A DNA stretch of 64,000 nt, from assembly GCA_030141605.1 (NCBI GenBank), contig JAQGDQ010000189.1, positions 1 to 64,000 of the forward strand, given 5' to 3'. Position numbers and translations under genes: made by a program. Below the pieces are notes generated by a model. It did not search any database and was not told the origin of the DNA. It was given only the letters and a program-made list of their open reading frames with translations. Source of the DNA: Tubiluchus corallicola (Eukaryota > Animalia > Priapulida). Below, one piece after another: positions 43,062 to 51,638 of this stretch. The first letter of the stretch is position 1. Every line of letters begins with the position of its first letter.

Positions 43062-44120
43062 ATGAGAAGGTGTATTATAGAGTGTTTTCGACGGTTGTGT
43101 TTTGTTGTACCTATTGTGGCTGTTATAGCAACCGGCTGTAAGGTTACAAGGAGTATAGAGGTGGGAATTCCTATTGCTTCCGATCATATTGTTTCCGAAG
43201 ATATACAGAGTGTTACGGTTATCAATAGGAGTATTGGAGCAGGTTTTAGGGAGTGGGAAAATGATTCGTTGATGAAGTTGTTTTCAGATAACAGGTTATC
43301 TCCTTCCACTTTTTTGCTTGATAGTGCTGCATCTGATACAGCTATTCAGGTAGTGGCGGAGGTGATGTTTGAGTCGGGAAGGTATGATGTGGTAGTACCG
43401 GTGGATCGTAATTACCCCAGCGCTGTGGAGGCCGGGGAACAGCCTGATTTACTGGATGTGAGTATTCAGGAGGCTGTGTGTTCGGAGTTTAATACAGATG
43501 CGGTGCTTGTGCTGGAGAGTTTTGTGCAGTCTATAAAGACGGATTTTGGGGTTTATACGTGGTTAGATGCTTTGACGGATGCGCGTCAGCCTCTATATTA
43601 TGGAATGATAGAGGTTTCATATAACAGCTTGTGGAGGCTTTATCATCCTTCATCGGGGGGTGTCGAGTCTTTTCGTGTTGGTGATAGCATATTTTGGGAT
43701 ATGAATGCCAATAGTGCGAATAGAGTTTGGCTTGGGTTACCCGGGTTTAAGGAGGCACTGCTGGCCGGGGGAATTTTAGCCGGTGCTGATATGGCACGGA
43801 GGGTAAGTCCTGAGTGGGTAAGCGAGAAAAGATCTTATTTTGTTACCGGAAATGATGATGCAGATAGCGCCATCACTTATGCTTTAAATGGGGAGTGGGA
43901 AAAGGCCGCAGATGTGTGGATGAGGTTTGCTGATGCAAAGTCGAAAAGGCTTCGCAGCAGTATTGAACACAATATAGCTCTTGCATATGAGATGAACGGC
44001 GATATAGAGAGGGCCATAGAGTGGGGGGTTAAGTCGTATCGTACGAGTTATCACAGGGTCACTGACATCTATCTCAGGAAGCTTGGCAGACGGAGAGAGG
44101 GTGAGTCAGGAGAGCCTTAA
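43062..44120 (+). CDS. Putative lipoprotein with C-terminal TPR-like helices (DUF6340-like)
   Basis: IATG-C lipobox, VTVINRS, HNIALAYEMNGD..AIEW. Start position uncertain. Confidence 0.65.
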   Translation: MRRCIIECFRRLCFVVPIVAVIATGCKVTRSIEVGIPIASDHIVSEDIQSVTVINRSIGAGFREWENDSLMKLFSDNRLSPSTFLLDSAASDTAIQVVAEVMFESGRYDVVVPVDRNYPSAVEAGEQPDLLDVSIQEAVCSEFNTDAVLVLESFVQSIKTDFGVYTWLDALTDARQPLYYGMIEVSYNSLWRLYHPSSGGVESFRVGDSIFWDMNANSANRVWLGLPGFKEALLAGGILAGADMARRVSPEWVSEKRSYFVTGNDDADSAITYALNGEWEKAADVWMRFADAKSKRLRSSIEHNIALAYEMNGDIERAIEWGVKSYRTSYHRVTDIYLRKLGRRREGESGEP

Positions 44121-44210
44121 GGTGTAGAGAGTGTGTCATGGATAAAGTAGAGGCAGAAAGCATTTGTAAAATGGGGTGCAGCATATTTATGGATAAAATA
44201 TGGGTGTGTT

Positions 44211-45446
44211 ATGGATAAAGTGATTTATTGCGCTATATTGATCATTATAGTTGCAGATTTTATATTTGAGCGTATACTTGATTACCTGAATAGCAGTTGC
44301 CGCTCTTCTTCACTACCTGAGGGTCTGAGGGGTATATATGATGAGGAGAAGTATTGCAAGTCTCAGGAGTATGAGTGTGTTAAGCACCATTTTTCGTTGT
44401 ACACCAGCAGTATTAGTTTTGCTATTATAGTGTTGATGGTTGTTTTTGGTGGTTTTGCTGTTATTGATGAGTTTGTTAGGTATAGGGTGTCTCATCCTAT
44501 AGCGCAGTCGTTGCTTTTTTTCGGAGTTATAGGCTTGGGGTCAGGTGTAATAACCATTCCGTTTTCGTGGTACAGCACATTTGTGATAGAGGCGAAGTTT
44601 GGATTTAATAAAACGACTCCGCTGACATTTTTGCTGGATATGGTAAAGGGTTTTTTTATAACTGCTGTAATGGGAGGTTTACTTGTTTCGGCAGTTGTGT
44701 GGGTGTATATGAGAACCCAAGGCATGTTCTGGGTGTATGCTTTAGCTATTATCGGAGGGTTTTCGATTTTTATGACAATGTTTTATTCCAGTATTATTGT
44801 ACCACTTTTTAATAAGCAGACACCTCTTGAAGAGGGGGAGCTAAAGGATAAGATTAATTCTTTTTCGGAGAGAGTGGGGTTTTGTGTTAAGAATATTTTT
44901 GTGATAAACGGTTCTAAGAGGTCGTCAAAGGCAAATGCGTATTTTACAGGTTTTGGATCTAAGAAGCGTATTGTTCTGTATGATACTCTTATTGAAGATA
45001 TGGAGACAGATGAGGTTGTTGCGGTACTGGCTCATGAGGCGGGACATTATAAGAAGGGGCATGTGTTTTGGGGTTTGGTTGTTTCATTGTTAAATACGGC
45101 GCTTATGTTGTATCTTTTTTCTCTTATAGCCCGAAGTGCAGCGCCGGCGCAGGCTCTTGGAGCGACAGGGTCCAGTTTCCATATGTCGCTGGTGGCCTTT
45201 GCAATTTTGTATTCACCTCTTTCGTTTTTTATAGGTATGGGGATGAATGTGTTTTCAAGGCGTAATGAGTTTCAGGCAGATAGTTTTGCTGTTCGTAATT
45301 TTAAGCGTGAAGCTTTATCAGAGGCGTTGAAAAAGCTGTCTGTAAATAATCTTTCGAATCTTACTCCACATCCTGCATATGTGTTTTTTTATTATTCACA
45401 TCCTCCTCTGTTGCAACGTTTAAGAAAGATTTCAGGGTTTGGTTAG
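44211..45446 (+). CDS. M48 (Ste24-like) membrane zinc metalloprotease
   Basis: NAYFTG, RIVLYDTL, HEAGH, EFQAD, YSHPPL. Confidence 0.95.
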   Translation: MDKVIYCAILIIIVADFIFERILDYLNSSCRSSSLPEGLRGIYDEEKYCKSQEYECVKHHFSLYTSSISFAIIVLMVVFGGFAVIDEFVRYRVSHPIAQSLLFFGVIGLGSGVITIPFSWYSTFVIEAKFGFNKTTPLTFLLDMVKGFFITAVMGGLLVSAVVWVYMRTQGMFWVYALAIIGGFSIFMTMFYSSIIVPLFNKQTPLEEGELKDKINSFSERVGFCVKNIFVINGSKRSSKANAYFTGFGSKKRIVLYDTLIEDMETDEVVAVLAHEAGHYKKGHVFWGLVVSLLNTALMLYLFSLIARSAAPAQALGATGSSFHMSLVAFAILYSPLSFFIGMGMNVFSRRNEFQADSFAVRNFKREALSEALKKLSVNNLSNLTPHPAYVFFYYSHPPLLQRLRKISGFG

Positions 45447-45626
45447 CGAGGGTGGGTTTTTGATGATATTGTCGGCGGGATACAGCATGTTTTGCGTGTT
45501 CTCGTTAGGTTTTATGTAGAGTTGTTTTTAAAAAATGACTATGTTTGCTGGTGCATGGTGCGTAATGTTTTGTATCCGGCAGCTATTTTAATAATTCATA
45601 TAAACTTTTAAAAGAAGCAGTAAGTT

Positions 45627-47282
45627 ATGAAAAGATTTATGGTGTCAGTATTGTTTTGTTTGTTTTTTGCTCCTCTTTTTAGCCAGGGGGTGGAGAAGGG
45701 GTTGGAAACTATTACGGAGCAGTCGATACGGGGACAGTTAGAGTTTTTAGCATCAGACTGGATGGAAGGGAGAGAAGCGGGTGAGAAGGGAGCCTATTTG
45801 GCTGCCGATTATATCGCCTCCATGTTTAAGGTGTATGGTATAGAGCCTGTGGGTGATAATGTCAGCAAGTTTAATTCGCGTTACCACAGATCTGTGGGTA
45901 TAGCTCCACAAAAATACCGGAGCTATTTTCAAAAGTTTAATATGATAAAGTACAAGCCGTCGGAGAACCAATCCCTTTCTCTTGTTAAGGTTGGGAGGCA
46001 CGGCACCAACAGGGTGGCATTTCAGAACAGTGTGGATTTCACTGCCTGGGGTAATAGTGTGTCGATTGATATTGATGCCCCTATGGTGTTTGTCGGTTAT
46101 GGTATAGTGGATAGCGATAATGGCTACGATGATTTCTCCAAGGTGAATGTTGACGGGAAAGTTATATTGCGTATTAAAGGTTTTCCGGGGCACAGGGATA
46201 CTATGTCTGTTGCATATAAGAAGTTCGGCGGTGATACAAAGTTGCGTGAGTACAGGTCACAGCTTAACGGTTGGGCAAAAGAGAGAGGTGCTGTAGCTGT
46301 TATTGAGCTTGATAGCAATCCAGGGGTGAACTTCGGCGAACCATCCAATCTACCATTCAGGTACAGGTACGGAGCTATGGAGTTTGATCATAAGTTTGAT
46401 TCTTATTATTCATATAGGATGCATCTGCCTGGAGATTCGCTGAATTCTGGTTTCCCAACTATTAAGTTATCTGCTCGCGTGCATAATGAGATTACCCGTA
46501 TTGGTGGTATAGATATAGATGCTTTTGAGGAGAAGCTTAGCAGAACGGGAAAGCCGGATTCGAAAGAGATATCTGGTCTTAGAGTTGAGTTTGCTTCTGA
46601 GGTTGAGCATCAGCTAGTAGCTGTTAGAAATGTGCTTGGCATGATTGAAGGCAAGAATAAGGATGAGTGTATTGTTGTGGGGGCCCATTACGATCATTGT
46701 GGTAAGTATAACGGATATATATGGAATGGTGCTGATGATAATGCTTCCGGAACAGTTGCTGTGATGTCTTTGGCGCGTGCTATAGCCGAGTCGGGAGAGA
46801 AGCCTGAGAAGAGTATTATTTTTGCTGCATGGACAGCTGAGGAGAGAGGGCTTTATGGTTCCACATATTTTGTCGATAATGTTCCGAATGGTATGAAAGT
46901 TATCTATAATCAAAATTTTGATATGATCTCCAGGGATGCACCAAATGATAGTTTAGGCAATGTGTGTGGTATGGGGTATACCAATGCTTACGGAGGGCTT
47001 GCAGAGTTGGCAAAGAGGAATAACCGTGATTATGATATAGGTCTTAAGCTTAGGTTAAGCGGGCAGGATAAGCCCAGGGGCGGTAGTGATTATGCCCCCT
47101 TTGCAGCAGTGGATATTCCGGTAACATATTTTATGGCAGCTTCGCATCCCGATTATCATCTTCCGTCTGATGAGGTGTCAAAGGTCAACTGGGAGAAGGT
47201 GGTTAAGGTAGTTAAGCTTGGTTATCTGAATTTGCTTGATATTGCTAATTCTACCAGTATGGATGAGTTTAGGGTGGAGTAG
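45627..47282 (+). CDS. M28 family exported peptidase with PA domain
   Basis: GAHYDH, NGADDNASG, AEERGL.GS, SDYAPF, HPDYH. Confidence 0.93.
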   Translation: MKRFMVSVLFCLFFAPLFSQGVEKGLETITEQSIRGQLEFLASDWMEGREAGEKGAYLAADYIASMFKVYGIEPVGDNVSKFNSRYHRSVGIAPQKYRSYFQKFNMIKYKPSENQSLSLVKVGRHGTNRVAFQNSVDFTAWGNSVSIDIDAPMVFVGYGIVDSDNGYDDFSKVNVDGKVILRIKGFPGHRDTMSVAYKKFGGDTKLREYRSQLNGWAKERGAVAVIELDSNPGVNFGEPSNLPFRYRYGAMEFDHKFDSYYSYRMHLPGDSLNSGFPTIKLSARVHNEITRIGGIDIDAFEEKLSRTGKPDSKEISGLRVEFASEVEHQLVAVRNVLGMIEGKNKDECIVVGAHYDHCGKYNGYIWNGADDNASGTVAVMSLARAIAESGEKPEKSIIFAAWTAEERGLYGSTYFVDNVPNGMKVIYNQNFDMISRDAPNDSLGNVCGMGYTNAYGGLAELAKRNNRDYDIGLKLRLSGQDKPRGGSDYAPFAAVDIPVTYFMAASHPDYHLPSDEVSKVNWEKVVKVVKLGYLNLLDIANSTSMDEFRVE

Positions 47283-47377
47283 TAAAGTAACCGTTGCTTC
47301 TGCTCAATAGTTGACCGGTTTTTGAGTGCCTTGATATAAGTTAAAGGTTTTGTAACCCAGGTTATAATAAGTAAGAT

Positions 47378-48625
47378 ATGGAAATAGTAGGTTATTTGCT
47401 ACGTATATCCAGATTAGTACTACTCCTATTTTTGTTGTTTAGTTTCTCTTTGTTCCCTTGTTTTCTCTACGGGCAAGGGGTGGAGGGAGGTGCCGAGACA
47501 GTTGAGGCAGATAGTGAGCCGGAGAGATCCAAGTCTGACAAGAGAGGTAAAGAGGACAAGAATCTTCGTTTTAGTATATTGGGTGGGCCGGGGTATACTC
47601 CTGATTTCGGTTTGCTGATCGGTGGTAGCGCTCTGTTTACTTTTAGTACCAATCCACAGGATACGCTTTTGAAGCGTTCTGTCGTTCCTACGGCTTTTGC
47701 CCTTTTGTTTGAAGGGGGGGTTAATGTTATTATTAAGCCTCAGTTGTTTTTTAAGGAGGATAGGTTCAGGGTTTTTGGAAATTTTGTGTTTAGGAATACT
47801 ACCGATTATTATTATGGTGTAGGGTATGATAAGAATAACAGCGTGGAGAGAGGCGAAGAGAATAGGTATACGAGCCAGGGTTGGCGGACTAATCCAATTT
47901 TTCTTATTCGTATTTTGGATACTGATTTTTTTGCAGGCCCTTCGATGAATATATCTCAATGGAGGTTGAAAAATCCCGGGGAGTGGATGGTAGATGATGC
48001 GGATTATATAAGGCAGGGGGGAGATAGTGAAGGGCTTGATATTTTCAATTCCGGTATAGGGGTGTTTGTGTCGTATGATACAAGGGATATGCCTGCTAAT
48101 GCTTATAGTGGTATATTTCTAGAGATGTCAGCAAATTTTTATTTGAAGGGCTTGGGTAGTGATAATGGTTTTAGTGTTTATAGCACACAGTATAGGCAGT
48201 TTAGGTTGTTGCCCAAGCTGGGTGAGAGGAAGGTGCTGGCGTGGACACTACAGGGGCGGTATACTTCCGGGAATGTTCCGATTACAGAGATGTCGATGCT
48301 GGGTTCTCCATTTGACCTTAGGGGCTACTATATGGGCAAGTACAGGGATAATAACAGCGTTTTGGGTATAATTGAGTATCGTAGCATGTTCAATTTTTCT
48401 GGGGATAGCAAGATTAGCAAGCTAGGGTCGAAGCTGGGGTTTGCAGTGTGGGGGGGAACAGGTGTTATCAGCAAAGAGGTTGGACAGGCAAGTTCGCTAC
48501 TTCCTAATTTTGGTGCAGGACTTCGTATAGAGGTGCAGCCCAGGATGAATTTTAGGATAGATGTGGGAAGGGATCCCATAATGGGTAATAATCTGGTCTA
48601 TTTCAATATGACCGAGGCTTTTTAG
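47378..48625 (+). CDS. Omp85/BamA-TamA family barrel-only outer-membrane protein
   Basis: YDTRD, LRGYY..KYRD, GAGLR, C-terminal EAF. Confidence 0.85.
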   Translation: MEIVGYLLRISRLVLLLFLLFSFSLFPCFLYGQGVEGGAETVEADSEPERSKSDKRGKEDKNLRFSILGGPGYTPDFGLLIGGSALFTFSTNPQDTLLKRSVVPTAFALLFEGGVNVIIKPQLFFKEDRFRVFGNFVFRNTTDYYYGVGYDKNNSVERGEENRYTSQGWRTNPIFLIRILDTDFFAGPSMNISQWRLKNPGEWMVDDADYIRQGGDSEGLDIFNSGIGVFVSYDTRDMPANAYSGIFLEMSANFYLKGLGSDNGFSVYSTQYRQFRLLPKLGERKVLAWTLQGRYTSGNVPITEMSMLGSPFDLRGYYMGKYRDNNSVLGIIEYRSMFNFSGDSKISKLGSKLGFAVWGGTGVISKEVGQASSLLPNFGAGLRIEVQPRMNFRIDVGRDPIMGNNLVYFNMTEAF

Positions 48626-48671
48626 GGATTATACCGTTTTTTTGTAAGCTGCTGTTTAGTTGTTCCTTGGG

Positions 48672-49580
48672 TTTTTACGTTCTTCTGTTTTGATGTAAAA
48701 GAGGCAAAAGGTCAAGGGGTTTTACGTTCTTTTGTTTTGATACAAAAGAACCAAAAAATCAAGCCTGTAAATTCTTTTGATGAAAAACTACGCTGTCGGC
48801 TTCGCTATCTTCTCAAAACTCGCCTTTTTTTTAGAAAAAAGGCTCAGACAGTGATAAGATTTTTCGCTTCGCCTTTCGCTGTTTTTCTATCAAAAGCCTT
48901 TAAGGGCACTCCTTTTTCGCTGCTTTTCCAGTTAATAGTTTTTAGTAGTGGGGGTTGTGTTTCAAGGGGAGCTTATGTCCTTCTGTTTTGATGTAAAAGA
49001 GGCGAAAGGTCAAGGGGTTTTACGTTCTTTTGTCTTGATACAAAAGAGGCAAAAGGTCAAGGGGTTTTAAGTTCTTCTGTTTTGATGTAAAAGAGGCGAA
49101 ATATCAAGGGGTTTTACGTTCTTTTGTCTTGATACAAAAGAACCAAAAAATCAAGCCTGTAAATTCTTTTGATGAAAAACTACGCTGTCGGCTTCGCTAT
49201 CTTCTCAAAACTCGCCTTTTTTTAGAAAAAAGGCTCAGACAGTGATAAGATTTTTCGCTTCGCCTTTCGCTGTTTTTCTATCAAAAGCCTTTAAGGGCAC
49301 TCCTTTTTCGCTGCTTTTCCAGTTAATAGTTTTTAGTAGTGGGGGTTGTGTTTCAAGGGGAGCTTATGTCCTTCTGTTTTGATGTAAAAGAGGCGAAAGG
49401 TCAAGGGGTTTTACGTTCTTTTGTCTTGATACAAAAGAACCAAAAAATCAAGCCTGTAAATTCTTTTGATGAGAAACTATGCTGTCGGCTTCGCTATCTT
49501 CTCAAAACTCGCCTTTTTTTTTAGAAAAAAGGCTCAGACAGTGATAAGATTTTTCGCTTCGCCTTTCGCTGTTTTTCCAG
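48672..49580. repeat. Composite tandem array of a structured non-coding repeat (47-bp short units and three ~180-bp long units)
   Basis: Long units begin at 48726, 49118 and 49415 (the third is internally truncated). They are separated by 1-3 short units GGGGTTTTACGTTCTTTTGTCTTGATACAAAAGAGGCAAAAGGTCAA. Confidence 0.93.
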
Positions 49581-49608
49581 TTAAGAGTTTAATTTAAGGA
49601 GGGGCTAG

Positions 49609-51150
49609 TTAGCTTCTTCCGTATTTTCTAAATGCAGCAATTGTTTGATAGATACCGTAACTTATGAAGATACGAGAGGCTGCATCTATAAAGTTACTAA
49701 GTGCCGTTGGTTTATACTTATCCATTAAGCTGAAATCGCGAAAAGTAAATAGGAATTGATGAAGATAGTTCCATTTATTTTCCGGTGGATCGTCTAGAGT
49801 GCTTATATACAAGCAATAAAACAGCAGGGTAAGAGATATGGTAAACAGTAGACCACGTCCCCAACTCAAACCGTGATTGTTAGATAGTTTGTTAAGCCAA
49901 AGCAAAGGAAGTTTACGGTATTTCTTATTTTTGTAAAGTTCTTTTTTATATTGCTCCATCTCCAAAGCGTAATATTCCAATGCTTCTATTTTATCGTTAA
50001 TTTTCAGGTTTTCGTGCTTGGCAATCCTAAGAAACTCACGGTTGGTATTGGTTATGTGTTTTTTTAGGGATGAGGCGGGAGGTAAGGTTACCTGCTTGTC
50101 AAGCAACACTGATTGAAACATAAGCTCATCTAAGTATGTGTCGACAAAACTTACTGCACCCATAAAGTGGGTGTTCTCAAAGGAGAGTACGCCTTTTTTA
50201 TCTTTTGTTTTACTATTTATTCTCTCAAACTTAGCCGGTCCTGTAAAACTAGCCAACTCAAAGTCAGCCACTCCTTTAAAATTAGCCTGGGAAAAGTAAA
50301 CCTGCCCTGTGAAAGTAGCTTCTTTAAAGTTAGCCTGTTCTGTAAAACTAGCCGACTCAAAGTCAGCTTTCTTTGTAAAATTAGCCTGGGAAAAGTAAGC
50401 TTTCTTTGTAAAATTAGCGTGGGGAAAGCGAGCCGGTCCTTTAAAATTAGCCTGGGAAAAGTTAGCCGGTCCTGTAAAACTAGCCAACTCAAAGTCAGCC
50501 TCTCTTGTAAAAGTAGAGTGGGAAAAGTCAGCATTCTTTGTAAAATTAGCGTGGGGAAAGCGGGCCGGTCCTTTAAAATTAGCCTGGGAAAAGTCAGCCG
50601 GTCCTTTAAAATTAGCCTGGAAAAAGTCAGCCGGTCCTGTAAAAGTAGCATAGTAAAAGTCAGCATTCTTTGTAAAATTAGCCTGGGAAAAGTCAGCCGG
50701 TCCTGTAAAATTAGCGAGGGAAAAGTCAGCCGGTCCTGTAAAAGTAGCATAGTAAAAGTCAGCATTCTTTGTAAAATTAGCGTGGGGAAAGCTAGCCGGT
50801 CCTGTAAAATTAGCCTGGGAAAAGTCAGCCGGTCCTGTAAAAGTAGCTCCGGAAAAGCTAGCATGTTCTGCAAAAGTAGCTTCGGAAAAGTGAGCCTGCT
50901 TTTTAAAAATGGTTAAACTTTGGCTTATGTAGCAAAAGCTAACAGCTTTTTCGAACTTTGCTCCGACGAAGTTTACATCTTCTTCAAAGGTGTAGCCTGC
51001 AAGATTTACCTCAAAGCTAAAAACATGACCACTAAAGTCGAGTGGCCGGGTAATTACATAATAGTCGGGTGAGGTTTTGTTTTTGCTTTTTCTTGCGTTA
51101 TCAATCTTTTTGTAAAACTCTTGTTCGGTTATAGTAGTTTTTTCGGCCAT
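49609..51150 (-). CDS. Pentapeptide-repeat protein with a C-terminal membrane domain
   Basis: About 20 A(D/N/S/R)F..A(N/T/S)F.. repeats, then SNNHGLSW.R and hydrophobic helices. Confidence 0.88.
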   Translation of the reverse strand: MAEKTTITEQEFYKKIDNARKSKNKTSPDYYVITRPLDFSGHVFSFEVNLAGYTFEEDVNFVGAKFEKAVSFCYISQSLTIFKKQAHFSEATFAEHASFSGATFTGPADFSQANFTGPASFPHANFTKNADFYYATFTGPADFSLANFTGPADFSQANFTKNADFYYATFTGPADFFQANFKGPADFSQANFKGPARFPHANFTKNADFSHSTFTREADFELASFTGPANFSQANFKGPARFPHANFTKKAYFSQANFTKKADFESASFTEQANFKEATFTGQVYFSQANFKGVADFELASFTGPAKFERINSKTKDKKGVLSFENTHFMGAVSFVDTYLDELMFQSVLLDKQVTLPPASSLKKHITNTNREFLRIAKHENLKINDKIEALEYYALEMEQYKKELYKNKKYRKLPLLWLNKLSNNHGLSWGRGLLFTISLTLLFYCLYISTLDDPPENKWNYLHQFLFTFRDFSLMDKYKPTALSNFIDAASRIFISYGIYQTIAAFRKYGRS

Positions 51151-51638
51151 TGTTTTCTTAAGGTTTGAGAGTGAGGTATTTGTTGTGCGGGATAAGTGTG
51201 AATAGTGGTTGACGCAATATATGTGAGAGAGTAAAGAGTTATTGATAAGTGTTTTTTCTGTCTCCTATTTTTGTTGTTTCTATTACTAATTTTGGCAACA
51301 GTAGTGTGTTCTGTGCCGGAGAAGGATACAAGATAAATAAAATATTCGAAATAGCTGTGAGTGAGATGGGGTGATTCCGGGTTATTTAAGTTGGTTTCTC
51401 GATAGGGGTGTGTAGTTAAAGCCTGTCGACGCGACTTGTCTTGTGGTGCCGGTTTTTTACGGGTTGGTACTGGGTGATTATGTCGAAGATTTGTTCAACA
51501 GTTGCGAGTTATATGGAGTGGAGCTGTGGCAGTGGTAAAGGGGTTGAGTGAGGTGTGTGTGCCTTTTGCAGAGGAGTTGTAAGCAGCTTTAGTGTTGTCA
51601 AAACTGCGTTTTTTGGGTTTATGAGTAAGCTGCTTTAG

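Noticed and set aside
48790-48860. Hammerhead ribozyme core in the long repeat
   Set aside because: The minus strand reads CUGUCUGA-stem-GAGU, not CUGAnGA-stem-GAAA.
48737-49524. ORFs 48737-48991 and 49339-49524
   Set aside because: They lie inside the non-coding repeat, and homopolymer length differences between units break frame conservation.
48672-49580. CRISPR array
   Set aside because: The 47-bp units abut each other or repeated long units, with no unique spacers and no cas genes.
50167-50916. Overlapping ORFs 50167-50916 (+) and 50217-50873 (-)
   Set aside because: Open only because the tandem repeat unit lacks stop codons in those frames; they end where the repeats end.
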